Source: an uncultured delta proteobacterium
Lineage (GTDB): Bacteria; Desulfobacterota; Binatia; UBA9968
NCBI GenBank assembly: GCA_963801935.1
Contig: CAWDHA010000011.1
Location: 25,923 to 89,922 of the forward strand
Direction: 5' to 3'
DNA: 64,000 bases
Every line of letters begins with the position of its first letter. The first letter of the stretch is position 1. Below are positions 37,708 to 48,313 of this stretch, one piece after another. The notes under the pieces were generated by a model. The model ran no database searches, was not told the origin of the DNA, and saw only the letters and a list, made by a program, of their open reading frames with translations. Both the position numbers and the translations under genes were made by a program.

Positions 37708-38826
37708 GAGCCGCACGTCTTTGCGCACGTCCTCGTTGTATGCCTGGTCGATTTTCTCGATCACATCGCGCTCGAGGTTTTGCCTGGGTATGCGGATCAT
37801 GAGACGCAGAAATAAATCTCCCGCGGTAGTTTGTCCATGCCCGGCGACTCCCTTGCTCTTGATGCGCAGTTGCTGGCCGCTTTGCGCGCCGGCTGGCACT
37901 TTGACTTTGATCGTACCGCTCGGCGTCGGCACTTCGACCTCAGCGCCGCTTATGGCTTCGCCAACCGTGATCGGCAGCTCCATCGTCAAATCTCTTCCCG
38001 AGCGCGTGAGCACGGGATGCGGCCGGATACGCGGCGTGATGTAAAGGTCGCCGGCTTCGCCGCCGCGAATCCCCGCTTCACCCTTGCCGCGCAGACGAAT
38101 CTGCTTAGCGGGATCGGCTCCGGGCGGAATATTGACGCGGATCGTGTCCGGTCGCATCAAGCGGCCGCGACCACCGCACCTGGCACAGCTCTCGCCGGGC
38201 CAATGCCCGGTCCCGGCACAGCGCGCGCAGGTTTGGCGAAAATGCAGCGACCGGTCAGCCGGCGCTTTAGTGCCGCTGCCATGGCACTCGGGACAAGTGC
38301 TCGGTGCCTTCTTAGCTTGGCCGCCGGCGCCGCCGCAGGTATCGCAGGCAACGAGCCGTTCCACTGTGAGCGAAGTCTGAAAGCCGCGCACGGCGTCGAG
38401 AAAATCGATGTCCATATTCGAGCGGATGTCTTGACCACGAATCGGGCCGTTTTGCGCTCGCGTGCCGCGGCCAAACATGCCGCCAAGACCGCCGAAAAAA
38501 TCGCTGAGATCATCCGGGCTGAATTCGTACGCGCCCCCTGAGCGCGCCGACTGCTGCCGGCCTTGCTGATAGCTCCGCGCCTGCTCCGCGTCAAAGCCGG
38601 CGGCGCAGCCGGCTGCGCCAAATTCATCGTAGAGCTTGCGCTTCTTTTCGTCGCCGAGGACATCGTAGGCAACCGACAGCTCCTTGAACTTGCTCTCGGC
38701 GTCTTTGTTTCCGGGATTGGTGTCAGGGTGGTACTTACGCGCGAGCTTGCGATAGGCTTTGCGGATTTCCTCGCGCCCGGCGCCGCGCTTTACGCCGAGG
38801 ATTTGATAATAATCTCGGTCTGCCAT
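37705..38826 (-). CDS. dnaJ: molecular chaperone DnaJ
   Basis: J-domain [33 protein letters not shown]-rich linker, and four CxxCxGxG zinc-finger repeats ([32 protein letters not shown]). Confidence 0.85.
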   Translation of the reverse strand: MADRDYYQILGVKRGAGREEIRKAYRKLARKYHPDTNPGNKDAESKFKELSVAYDVLGDEKKRKLYDEFGAAGCAAGFDAEQARSYQQGRQQSARSGGAYEFSPDDLSDFFGGLGGMFGRGTRAQNGPIRGQDIRSNMDIDFLDAVRGFQTSLTVERLVACDTCGGAGGQAKKAPSTCPECHGSGTKAPADRSLHFRQTCARCAGTGHWPGESCARCGGRGRLMRPDTIRVNIPPGADPAKQIRLRGKGEAGIRGGEAGDLYITPRIRPHPVLTRSGRDLTMELPITVGEAISGAEVEVPTPSGTIKVKVPAGAQSGQQLRIKSKGVAGHGQTTAGDLFLRLMIRIPRQNLERDVIEKIDQAYNEDVRKDVRL

Positions 38827-39102
38827 GCTTAAACTAGAATAACCATGGCGTCGTGACTTTCAAGAGAATGCAGCGCGACTGGCGATCTAGGGATTGCGGC
38901 GCAGAAAGACGGCGCATTAACAACTAGCGTAGTTTCTCTTAAATCAGGGGACCTGTTTGCACGTCATTCCGGCCAAGCTGGCGATAGCTAGCGCGAGCCG
39001 AAATCCAGGATTTCGAAGAGTTCTGGCTTTCGCGGCAATGACGATCAAGGCCGCCTTAAATAAAGTACAAACAGAGTGAGACACTACACCTAGCGCAGCA
39101 GC

Positions 39103-39348
39103 TTAACGACCCGGTTTGCGTCCTCTGGCTTTCATGCAGTCATTCAACGCTTGCGCCCTACTGCCGGCGCTGGCGGATACTGCGGCTTCACGCTCGCATT
39201 CGGCGACGTCCTGGCTGACGGTATTCGGCACAGTCCTGCTTTCGCCGGTGGGCGCGGTCCCAGCAGCCCGGTTGGCTGATGGGGGCGATGTTTGCGGCTG
39301 AGAACATGCCACCAGCAGCAGTAAAACAGCGAATCCAAGTTTCATCAC
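39103..39348 (-). CDS. small lipoprotein (hypothetical)
   Basis: 81 aa. Lipobox LLLLVAC-S. SD AGGTG upstream. Confidence 0.4.
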   Translation of the reverse strand: MMKLGFAVLLLLVACSQPQTSPPSANRAAGTAPTGESRTVPNTVSQDVAECEREAAVSASAGSRAQALNDCMKARGRKPGR

Positions 39349-39604
39349 TCACCTGTGTTTGGCGTCTCTCAATATCAGAATCCCCCGTCAGCGCACTTTT
39401 GTAAAGCGGAATTGGCAGCGCCAGAGATTCCTTCTCGTTGAAAAAAGCGGTTCGGAGAGAGCAGGAATTTTGCTGAAAAACTCCGGTTCGCCCGCCTCGA
39501 CAAGTCTCAGGGCGAACGGCAGGGGAACTGATAACGTTAGAATTTTCCGTTCTACTGCCGCCGTAGAATCCTTAGGGTTTTCCCGCAGAGCCGCTGAGCG
39601 ACGA

Positions 39605-40960
39605 TCATGCCCCCAAGGCTTTGCGTAGCTGTACGAACGATTGCAGCTGTCCCTGATGGATGGCGATCTGACTATCCTGGGATTGATACAAGCTGCGTTG
39701 GGCGTCGAGCAAGTTGAGATAGTCGACCGCGCCGGCGTCGAACCGCGCCTTGGCGATGATGTAGGCATTCTGCGATTCCGTGACCGACACCTGGGCGATG
39801 ACAGCGCGTTCGTTAGCGCTCTTAAGCGCAGCCAGAGCGTCTTCAACTTCTCGGAAGGCCGTCAGGACGGTTTTCTGATACTGCGCCGCCAGTTCTCTCT
39901 GGCGGGCGGTTACGTTTTCGAGGTTGCCTCTGAGCCTGCCGCCGTTGAAAATCGGCGCCACCAGGTTAGCTGCCATCGAAGTGGCGGCCGCGGCCGGACC
40001 GCCCAATCCGGCGGCAATGCTAGGGTCGACACCGAGAGTTAACGAGGGAAAGAAAGCCGCGCGCGCAACGCCGATATCGGCATTGGCGGCGCGCAGCCCC
40101 GCCTCCTCGCTCTCGATGTCAGGGCGTTCGGCCAACAGAGCCGCCGGCAGCGTCAGATTGACTTCAGGCATGCGCAGCGAAATCAACTCCGCGCTCGGCA
40201 GCGAGAAATCTTGCGGCGCCAAACCGAGCAAGATCGCCAGCGCATTGGCGGCCGTGCTGCGCTGCTCGATCAGCGATGCCAATGAGGTGCGAAAGCCGTT
40301 CACGGCGACTCTTTGCTGGGAGACTTCAAGGCCGGAAACAGCGCCCTGGCTGAAGCGCGCTTCGACGATTCGTAAAATTTCTTCAGCGTTCTTGAGATTG
40401 AACTCGGCGATCCGGATGCGGTCATTGAAGCTCAAAAGCTGCGTGTAAAAACTGGTTGCGTCGGCAGTGACCACCAGCCGGAGCGCTTCGCCATCGAATT
40501 CAGTGGCCGCCGCGCGATAACCGGCGGCCCTGGCCTGGTTGCGGTTTTTGCCCCAGAGATCGACCTCGTAACTAATGCTGCCGGCGCTGCGCGCCGCTTC
40601 GTTCGTTTGATCTTGAAACGTGCGCGAGGCCGCACTGCTGGCGTTAAGCGACGGATAGAGCGGGGCGCCGGCAACTTTCGCCTGGGCGCGCGCTTGCTCG
40701 ATACGACCGAGCGCCGCCTCAAGGTCGAGATTTTGCTCTAACGCCCGATCGATCAAGCGGTTCAATTCGGCGCTCCCGAGCTCGCGCCAAAACGCCGTCG
40801 AGTTTTCGCTGGTGACGCCGATGTCCGGCGCCCCGCGCCAGCCACCGGGAATCGCCATCTCGGGTCGCTGGTAATTGGGCGCGAGACTGCACGCCGATAC
40901 ACCCAGCGAAATCGCCAAAATGCTTGTGCCGATAGCGAACAAGTATCGGATGCGAGACAT
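39605..40960 (-). CDS. outer-membrane efflux factor (TolC/NodT-family lipoprotein) of the MacAB system
   Basis: Lipoprotein signal [24 protein letters not shown]. Two TolC-type coiled-coil/beta-barrel repeats. An alternative ATG at 41070 has better SD and coupling to the macB stop, but would place 37 aa in front of the signal peptide. Confidence 0.7.
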   Translation of the reverse strand: MSRIRYLFAIGTSILAISLGVSACSLAPNYQRPEMAIPGGWRGAPDIGVTSENSTAFWRELGSAELNRLIDRALEQNLDLEAALGRIEQARAQAKVAGAPLYPSLNASSAASRTFQDQTNEAARSAGSISYEVDLWGKNRNQARAAGYRAAATEFDGEALRLVVTADATSFYTQLLSFNDRIRIAEFNLKNAEEILRIVEARFSQGAVSGLEVSQQRVAVNGFRTSLASLIEQRSTAANALAILLGLAPQDFSLPSAELISLRMPEVNLTLPAALLAERPDIESEEAGLRAANADIGVARAAFFPSLTLGVDPSIAAGLGGPAAAATSMAANLVAPIFNGGRLRGNLENVTARQRELAAQYQKTVLTAFREVEDALAALKSANERAVIAQVSVTESQNAYIIAKARFDAGAVDYLNLLDAQRSLYQSQDSQIAIHQGQLQSFVQLRKALGA

Positions 40961-41077
40961 GGAACACTCTGCGACGGGCTCAGGGTGAGCGGAAGAAGGA
41001 AAAACCGTTCGAGGTGAGCCTGCTGAACCATGAACGGAAGTAACTGCATTTGCAGGTAGCTGATAGCTCATGTTTTC

Positions 41078-43020
41078 CTCACTCAGTCGCCAGCGCGATG
41101 ACCGGATCGAGCCGTGCCGCCTTGCGCGCCGGCAGATAGCCAAAAAGCAGTCCTGTGGCGGAGGCGCAGACGAAGGCGAGGACGCGCCGGGGTCAATGGA
41201 GAAGATCACCGCCATCCCGCTGAAGCGCAATCCGAGTCCAGCGCCGACACCAACCAGAATCCCCAACATGCCGCCCACAGCGCACACGACCGCCGCCTCA
41301 ATGTTGAATTGCAGCAAGATGTCGCGCATGCGCGCGCCGGTGGCCATGCGAATGCCGATCTCGCGCGTGCGCTCGACCACGCTCACCAGCATGATGTTCA
41401 TGACGCCGATGCCGCCCACCAGGAGGGAAATCGCCGCCACCGTGCCTAACAGCAAGGTGAACGTGTTCTGTGTTTCCATCGCCAACTCGAGAATAGAGGC
41501 CATGTTGCGTACGCTGAAGTCTTCCGCCTTGTGGCGCGCTTTGAGTAGCGCCTCAATGCGCTGCTTGCGTTGCTTCGATGTCTGCCGTGTCTATGACCTT
41601 TACGCTAATGCTGCTCAGATAGGTTTGCCAAACAGTCGGATCAGCCCGGTGTTAATCGGCACGAAAATCGCGTCATCCTGATCGCTGCCGCCAGGCGAAG
41701 CGCCTTTTTCCGTCATGACGCCGATCACCAAGAACGGCACGTTTCTGAGGAGGACATACTTGCCGATCGGACTGCCGCCGTAAGGGAAGAGGGTTTTCGC
41801 CACCGTGCGACCCAGCACGACAACGGCGGCATAGCGTTTCAGGTCCTCCGCATTAAAGAATTGTCCCTCGGCGACCTGCCAATCTCGCGCCGCTGGAAAG
41901 TCTCACCAACTCCCTGGACTGTGGTCTGATAGTCGATGTTGCCGTAGCGCACGGTCATCCGGCCGTTGCGCTCTGGCGACACCGCTTCGATATTAGGCAG
42001 TGCTTTAATGGCGGCGGCGTCCTCCGGCACCAACGTAATGATGTCGCCGTCACCGCGGATGCCCGGGCGCGCCGGGCCGTATCATCATGAGATTGGTGCC
42101 CAGCGCAGCTAATCTGGTCCAGGACTTTCTGGCGGCTGCCTTCGCCTACCGCCAGCATCGCCACAACCGCCGCCACGCCGATGATGATACCAAGCAAGGT
42201 CAGCATCGTGCGGAAGAGATTGACGCGCAGTGATCTCCACGCGGTCGCCAGCGCTTCCTGGACGCTCGCGCCGAGGCTAACGCCCCGGCTAAGATCGTAA
42301 CTGCCGTTTTCAGTTGCGCCAGCAGTGTCATCGCGCGTGCCGCTGTCCTCGATGATCCGCCCATCCTGAATCCGTACGATGCGGCTTGCGTGCTGCGCGA
42401 CGTTCTCGGCATGGGTAATGAGAATGATGGTGCGACCTTCAGCGTGCAGCTCTTTGAACAGCGCCAGGACTTCCTCGCCGCTTTTGCTGTCGAGTGCGCC
42501 GGTCGGCTCGTCGGCAAGGATCACCGGCGGGTCGTTGACCAGCGCTCGTGCAATCGCCACCCGCTGTTGCTGGCCGCCGGAAAGTTCGGCAGGACGATGC
42601 TCGGAGCGCTCGCCCAGCCCGAGCCGTTCGAGCAATCTGGCGCGCCCGCTCGCTGCGCTCTGCTTGGCCAGCCCGGCATAGACCGAGGGAATCTCGACAT
42701 TCTCGCTTGCCGTGGCGCTGGCCAGCAGATTGTAACGCTGAAAAACGAAGCCAAAGGTCTCGCGCCGTAGTGCGGCCAACTCGTCCGGCGACAGGTGCGC
42801 CGCCTCTTTGCCCAGAACGCGGTAGCTGCCGGACGTCGGACGGTCAAGACAGCCGATGATATTCATCAAGGTTGACTTGCCGGAACCGGACTGCCCCATG
42901 ATGGCGACGAATTCACCTCGCTGTATCGTCAGCGATGCCCCGTCCAGAGCGCGTACCGTGGTATCGCCGTTTCTGGTAATGCTTATGAATGTCGGTGAGT
43001 TCAAGAATCGTTCGGGTCAT
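41078..43020 (-). pseudogene. macB: MacB-type ABC transporter (ATPase + FtsX permease) interrupted by >=5 frameshifts
   Basis: Walker A GQSGSGKST. Signature [15 protein letters not shown]. Periplasmic domain pieces in ORFs 41839..42033 and 41615..41818. FtsX C-terminus [20 protein letters not shown]. The true C-terminus ...[24 protein letters not shown] is recovered by a shift at a CCCC/GGGG run near 41185. The N-terminal shift at AGAAAC lies near 42960. Confidence 0.65.
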
Positions 43021-43049
43021 AGGCGCGGCCCTCCGCCGAAGGTTGGCCC

Positions 43050-44227
43050 TTACCGCGCCCTGCTGCTGTTGCTCGGCTCGTTCCGATTGGTCGCGCAGCG
43101 GGCGTTTGAGCAGGATGCGTTCTCCGCTCTCCAAGCCGTCGGTGACCTCCGCCTGCGTGCGTGTTTGCAGCCCGACGTGGATCAGGCGCTGTTCGCCGGC
43201 CGGATTCGGTCAGTACTCGCACGCGATACGCCTTCCCCTTTTCGTTATCTTCTCCGGTACGCGCTGGCTGAGCGCCTCCGCTGGAGATCACCGGCACGTT
43301 CTCCGCCTTGCCGAAGATGAAAAACACTTGTGTCCTCATGCCGGTCATGAGTTGGCGACCTTCGTTCCGCACATCGATCAAGACGTGGTACAGCACCACG
43401 TCGTTCAGCACTTCCGGTGAGGGAAGAATCTGTCGCACCGTGCCCTCCCAACGGCGCTCGCTATCGCCCAACGTGGTGAAATGCGCCGGCATGTTTTCCT
43501 TCAGGCGCTTCACGTCGGCCTCGGCCACCTGAGCGCGCACCGTCATCAGATCGAGATTGGCAATCTGCAGGATGAGGGGCGCGGTCTGATTGGCGTTCAG
43601 GGTTTGCCCTTCACGGGCGGGCATGGTGGTGACGGTGCCTGCCATCGGCGCGTGAATTTTGGTGAATTCCAGATTCGTGCGGTTGCCTTGCAGGTTGGAT
43701 TCGACTTCGTTGATTTGCGCGCAGGTCGCTCCCACCCGCGCCTCCGCCACCGCCGCTTCGGCTTCGCTTTCCTGCAACACCTGCTGGCTGACCGCATTGA
43801 CGGCGATCAGGTTCTGGTTGCGCTTCAGATTTTGTTTTGCCAGTGTCGCTTGGGCCTTTTGTTCATTCAATTGCGCCTTCAGACTCTTCAGACGCGCCTG
43901 GTCCGCCTCGACTCGCGCCTGGTAAACGCGTGGGTCGATCTCGGCCAGCAGTTGGCCCTTCGTCACCGTATCGCCGATTTCGACATGGATTTGCTTGAGC
44001 TGGCCGGACACCTGGGTGCCGACATCGACATATTCCTTCGGTTCGAGCTTGCCCTGCGCGGTGATCACTTCTTCGATCGTGCCGCGTAGAACGGGGATCG
44101 GACGCAGGCTTTCCTGCTGGTCTTTTTCCGCGGCGGCTCCGTACCAGTACCAACCGCCGGCGGTTAAGACGGTGATGGCAAGAATAGCGATGATTTTGCG
44201 GCTTTTTCTTAGCGCTTTCCAATTCAT
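43050..44227 (-). CDS. macA: MacA-type periplasmic adaptor (membrane fusion protein, HlyD family), C-terminus frameshifted
   Basis: N-terminal TM helix. Coiled-coil RVYQARVEADQARLKSLKAQLNEQKAQ. Beta-barrel/MPD GKAYRVRVLTESG, then ...GLESGERILLKRP in a +1 frame. Confidence 0.65.
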
Positions 44228-44378
44228 GGTTGATCGCCCTTCTGTGAATTTATCATCTGTTAATACGAACCGGGCGGCGCCAGTCTTCGCTGCCTGCCGG
44301 GCAGGAAACGCGGCGCAATTTTGGCGTTTAGCTTCGAGACCGGCTGAGGAAGTTGGCCGATCTCAGGAGTGCTCCGGG

Positions 44379-44822
44379 CTAGTTGGCGCGGCGCTCGGGG
44401 CGGCGCAGCACATCGGCGAGCATGCGGCGCTCTTCGGGGGCAAGCTCTCTCACAGTTTCTTTGATCGATTGCGCCATGCGCTTAAACGATTGCGCGCGCA
44501 ACTCTTCAATCTTGCTCACCTGCCGGCCATAGGCAGCCTCATCAAAGGGCTCGGTACTCATCAGGCGGATCGCCTCGGCGCGCGCCTCATCGATCTCGTC
44601 GCGCAGCGGCTCACCGGCGGCGCGAATCTGGCTAAAATGCGCGCGCAAGCGCGATTGCGCGGGCTCGGGCAACTTGCTGAGCGCGTCTTCCATACGCTGC
44701 TGGCGCATCGGCGGCTGGGGGTCCTTGGCTCGTGGAACCCGACCCAGAAATACACCGAGCAACAGCAGGTTCGCCAGCAGCGAAGCGAGAAAGACTAGCT
44801 TGACTATCTTGCTCATAGCCAT
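44379..44822 (-). CDS. Spy/CpxP/ZraP-like periplasmic stress protein (LTxxQ-type helical repeats)
   Basis: Signal peptide, then R/E/A-rich helical repeats (...SQIRAAGEPLRDEIDEARAEAIRLM... ...ELRAQSFKRMAQSIKETVRELAPEERRMLADVL). Confidence 0.55.
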   Translation of the reverse strand: MAMSKIVKLVFLASLLANLLLLGVFLGRVPRAKDPQPPMRQQRMEDALSKLPEPAQSRLRAHFSQIRAAGEPLRDEIDEARAEAIRLMSTEPFDEAAYGRQVSKIEELRAQSFKRMAQSIKETVRELAPEERRMLADVLRRPERRAN

Positions 44823-45133
44823 GTCTCATCGGCCGAGAAAAAATTCTGAAAAATCGGGGCGCTATCATCGGCGCCGTTATTTACATCCTCCGGCGCATTA
44901 AAACCGATCACCATCCCCAGGACCAAAGCGCTGGCGAGAACGTAACCCGGCTTCGGTAGATGAAATTCGGCGAACAGCTCAGCGAGCCACTGCCACAACG
45001 GCATGGCTTTGTCTTGCGGCAAGCGCTGCGCGGCCAAAATAATGCGCCCGGCCAGGTCCGGACTGGCCGGTTCAAGCCGCCGAGACTCAAGCAGTTGATG
45101 CAATTTTTCATCGCGGTTATCGATCATAACCAC
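44813..45133 (-). CDS. anti-sigma factor (small, single TM)
   Basis: 106 aa immediately downstream of, and overlapping, the ECF sigma gene. Central hydrophobic helix GYVLASALVLGMVIGF. Confidence 0.5.
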   Translation of the reverse strand: MVMIDNRDEKLHQLLESRRLEPASPDLAGRIILAAQRLPQDKAMPLWQWLAELFAEFHLPKPGYVLASALVLGMVIGFNAPEDVNNGADDSAPIFQNFFSADETWL

Positions 45134-45134
45134 C

Positions 45135-45767
45135 TCACAAATACGCCTTCAGCCGTTCCTTCAAGGTCGTCTTAGCACGCATGATCAGTGATTGGAGCGC
45201 CTTTAAGTTTAGCCCCATTATTGCCGCGGCTTCCTGGTTACTCAATCCTTCATCGAAACACAGGTTCAATGCGGTGCGCTGGCGCTCAGGCAGGTTGGCG
45301 ATCTCCTTTTCCAACGCTTGTTGCTCTTGAAACCGGATCATCATTTCATCTATGGGCTGCCGTTCATCAACCAGAGAGCTTTCGTCACCGAGCGCCGTCG
45401 GTTTTTTCTTTTTTCGCAAATCGAGACATAGATTCACCACGATGCGGTAAAACCAGGTGGTAAACTTGCTGTTTCGCTGGCCGCTCCAGAGAGACGGATT
45501 TTCCCATAATTTGATAAATGCGTCCTGCACCACGTCTTCGGCAGCTGGCTTGTTTTGCAGATAGCGGTAAGCGAGGCGGTAAAACCGCAGGCTATGGCGC
45601 TCGACGAGCGCCGCAAATGCTTGGCCGCTGCCGTTCTGAACGAGCTCGAGCAGTTCGTGATCTTCTTTCTGAGCCCAGCCAGCCACCATACGATCATGTC
45701 TTGATGAGAATGCCGATTCATAAGACCATATCGATAGCTCGGGAACAAAGACTTTGTCGTCGCTCAA
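45135..45767 (-). CDS. ECF (sigma-70 family group IV) RNA polymerase sigma factor
   Basis: Region 2 ...FYRLAYRYLQNKPAAEDVVQDAFIKLW.... Region 4 ...LPERQRTALNLCFDEGLSNQEAAAIMGLNLKALQSLIMRAKTTLKERL. Confidence 0.8.
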   Translation of the reverse strand: MSDDKVFVPELSIWSYESAFSSRHDRMVAGWAQKEDHELLELVQNGSGQAFAALVERHSLRFYRLAYRYLQNKPAAEDVVQDAFIKLWENPSLWSGQRNSKFTTWFYRIVVNLCLDLRKKKKPTALGDESSLVDERQPIDEMMIRFQEQQALEKEIANLPERQRTALNLCFDEGLSNQEAAAIMGLNLKALQSLIMRAKTTLKERLKAYL

Positions 45768-45940
45768 ACCGCGCTCGGTCCTCGTCTCAAAATTATTACG
45801 AACTAAACGGAGAAAGTATTCGGTCGCTTGAGCGGGGCGCTTGGACCGGCTGAATAGTTCAAAGATCAGTGGGATCGCGGCGCAAGAATAAGCTTCGCGG
45901 CAATGGCAGCATCCGCCTGATTGATTTTAACGTGCTGGGG

Positions 45941-46576
45941 TTAGCCGTCATTCACTAAAAAAGCGCCAAATTTGTTTCGGTCTTCGGCGTTTGCCGCATC
46001 GAGGGAACACCAGTCATAATCGCCGGCGTAAAGCCGGGCGGTAGGCTTGAATCCATAAACAGCCGGCACCAGGTCGCGCAGCACGTCATACCAGGCGCGC
46101 CGCTCGTCGCGGTCGATCGGGGTATCGTCGAGGGCGTTGATTGTACCGCAGAGATCTTGCCAGCGCGCCAGTGAAAAACCATAGCGCTGATGATCTGGGT
46201 AGAGCGCAAGAGAAATCATGCGCGGATAGCTAAAATGTTGACTCTCGTCGAGTTCCACGATCAGCTTTGACTGCGGCATATAGTAATCGCAAGGCGGAAC
46301 CAGCGCGCTCTTTATGAAATCTCTGTGGCCGCGGAGAGCGCTTAGTGCAGCGCGAATTCTTTGCAGAGGTTCTCCGATAACGGTAGGCGCATAATGCTCC
46401 GGCCGGGCCGGCCATGGAAAGCCATAATTTACCTGGCACGCGCCGTAGAGGGCGATCAGCATTTCCCGGATGCGCTCTTTGCACCGGCGGCAGTGTTGAG
46501 GATGGTGGGTCTCGGGAAGATTCATGAGAGCGGTGACGTGATGCGGCACTGCGGAGCGGCTCTTTCTCCTAATCAT
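45941..46576 (-). CDS. DUF559-domain (Vsr/PD-(D/E)xK endonuclease-like) protein
   Basis: CDYYMPQSKLIVELDESQHF and DRDERRAWYDVLRDL align with the DUF559 core VDFYCAEAKLIIELDGSQHY...DRKRDAFL. Confidence 0.55.
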   Translation of the reverse strand: MIRRKSRSAVPHHVTALMNLPETHHPQHCRRCKERIREMLIALYGACQVNYGFPWPARPEHYAPTVIGEPLQRIRAALSALRGHRDFIKSALVPPCDYYMPQSKLIVELDESQHFSYPRMISLALYPDHQRYGFSLARWQDLCGTINALDDTPIDRDERRAWYDVLRDLVPAVYGFKPTARLYAGDYDWCSLDAANAEDRNKFGAFLVNDG

Positions 46577-46833
46577 AGAGCTGGTTTAGCATTGGGCTGG
46601 TGGAGATTGCTAAACCCATGCGCGAGGGAAGATAGAGCAAAAAACGCATCGAGACAAAACTGGCGAGCACGAGCTCAGAGAGGATAAAAAATCAGCAAGG
46701 AAAACTGCAACTGCAAACGCTGAGGAGCATAGGCTTTGTACTCCAACCTTGGAAACCGCTGTGGAGTGAAAAGCTGATGCGCAACCGCACCCGACCGGTC
46801 GCGCATCTCTCCTGCTAGTTTAACAGACGCGGG

Positions 46834-47145
46834 CTACCAGCGATTACGTCCGGAGCTACGGTCGTTTCTCGCACCGCCGCTATCGTCATTGCGGTTGGTT
46901 TGCGGTTTCGCTTCGTTTACTTGAAGATTGCGGCCATCGCACTGGGTGCCGTTCAAGCCGCTAATCGCCGCTTGCGCTTCGCTCCCGGAACTCATCTCTA
47001 CGAAACCGAAACCGCGGGATTGCCCGGTGAATTTATCGCTGATAACCCGGGCTGATTCCACCGTTCCATGTCGGGAAAATAGTTCCTGCAGTCGCCCGTC
47101 CGTTACCGAGTAGGGCAAACCGCCCACATATAGTTTGTTGTTCAT
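46834..47145 (-). CDS. RRM-domain RNA-binding protein with glycine/arginine-rich tail
   Basis: RNP2 KLYVGGL. RNP1 RGFGFVEM. C-terminal RNDDSGGARNDRSSGRNRW. Confidence 0.8.
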   Translation of the reverse strand: MNNKLYVGGLPYSVTDGRLQELFSRHGTVESARVISDKFTGQSRGFGFVEMSSGSEAQAAISGLNGTQCDGRNLQVNEAKPQTNRNDDSGGARNDRSSGRNRW

Positions 47146-47380
47146 GTTCTCCTCCTAAAGAGAATGTTAAGGTCTCGCGCCTGGGAACCGGATGGCTAAG
47201 GGAGCAGAACATGAAATTCAAAACCACGCTCTGATCGGGGATGTCCTATAGAAATCTTTCTCTAGGTGAGACGTAATCGGCCTTCGATTTTTCGTTTCCT
47301 TTATTCAGAAGGCCCTTTACTGAAGTAAGTATCACCACGTTACGTTGATTGTCGCCATGTGTCAACTGACGAGGTTAAGG

Positions 47381-47546
47381 TAGCAGCCCGTGGTGAAAGT
47401 CTGACTGCATTCGACGGGCGATGCATCCCCGTTGGCTGCGTTGCTCCTCGCTCAAATATTCCCCGATATTCTCGGTCGTCGCGCCTTGCCATCAGGGCGC
47501 CTCGCCCGTCTCGGTGCGACGCCACACTTTCACCACGGGCTGCTAG
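47381..47546 (+). mobile_element. MITE-like 165-bp element, copy 3
   Basis: Full-length copy with intact 20-bp TIRs, flanked by GTAG/CTAG. Confidence 0.6.
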
Positions 47547-47669
47547 GCTCGTTTATTAATAGGCGGCGAATCGCTCCACTCGAATGACAAAAAGCAGCGA
47601 TTCGCCGCCTCTCGAGCGTAGTTATTTCGTTCCGCCCATGGTAGCCTGCGGCACGAAGGAGAAATAAAA

Positions 47670-47957
47670 ATGGCTGAGGCAGGTCGCAGATTATTCGCCG
47701 GGATCAGAATTTCGACGCAATTGCAAAATGATTTAAATAGTCCGGCTCCTGGGACGGAGCATTATTTCAAGCCTGACAACTCAGACTATCTCCACATAAT
47801 AACGCTGGGCGAGGAAAAGTTGATCGGTAGGTATCTGAAGGACGGCTTTCCGGCCGCGGATATGGATAATGTCAGCCGCAACGTCTGCAGCATCGTCAGG
47901 CTGATCGCACGGAGCCACCGCGTGGAAGAAAATCCAGTCCATATTTATGTTGCCTAA
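47670..47957 (+). CDS. hypothetical protein (95 aa)
   Basis: ORF with acceptable codon usage. Weak resemblance of RLFAGIRIS...YLHIITLGE to the first HxTL half of 2H phosphoesterases. Too short to be a complete LigT. Confidence 0.3.
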   Translation: MAEAGRRLFAGIRISTQLQNDLNSPAPGTEHYFKPDNSDYLHIITLGEEKLIGRYLKDGFPAADMDNVSRNVCSIVRLIARSHRVEENPVHIYVA

Positions 47958-48313
47958 GTGCCAACTTCGGTATCTATCATTTCGACCCTCCAGTTAAGCT
48001 CAGTGTCCTCTGAGAGACCTGCCCCTCGAGCGTAATCTGGAATAATTCAACTAGCTTTTTTTGTTGGTACGCACGCATGCTGCCGACTCCTGAGCGAAGA
48101 TGCTGCAGCCAACATCCTGGCTCAGGTATCTTTATGCTACTAATCTGTTATACTCTTTTGCATAAGCAGCTGCGGCCCAACGTCTAGAAATCCCCTCGGT
48201 CAAAATCTTCCCGAGTCTCGTAGAGGTGAATCCCAGGGGTGACCGCCTCTTCATTTATGGCCTAAGATCACTGGGAATCGCCAGGCCGGCTGCGAGCAGG
48301 AGATTCTCCTTTC

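Noticed and set aside
40960-41070. Alternative OMF start at ATG 41070 (better SD, coupled to macB stop)
   Set aside because: It would put 37 residues in front of an otherwise classical lipoprotein signal peptide ([11 protein letters not shown]...LGVSAC). Start at 40960 is retained, with the alternative noted.
47670-47957. Annotation of the 95-aa ORF as a LigT/2H-phosphoesterase fragment
   Set aside because: Only one weak H-x-T-L-like motif and half the expected length. Left as hypothetical.
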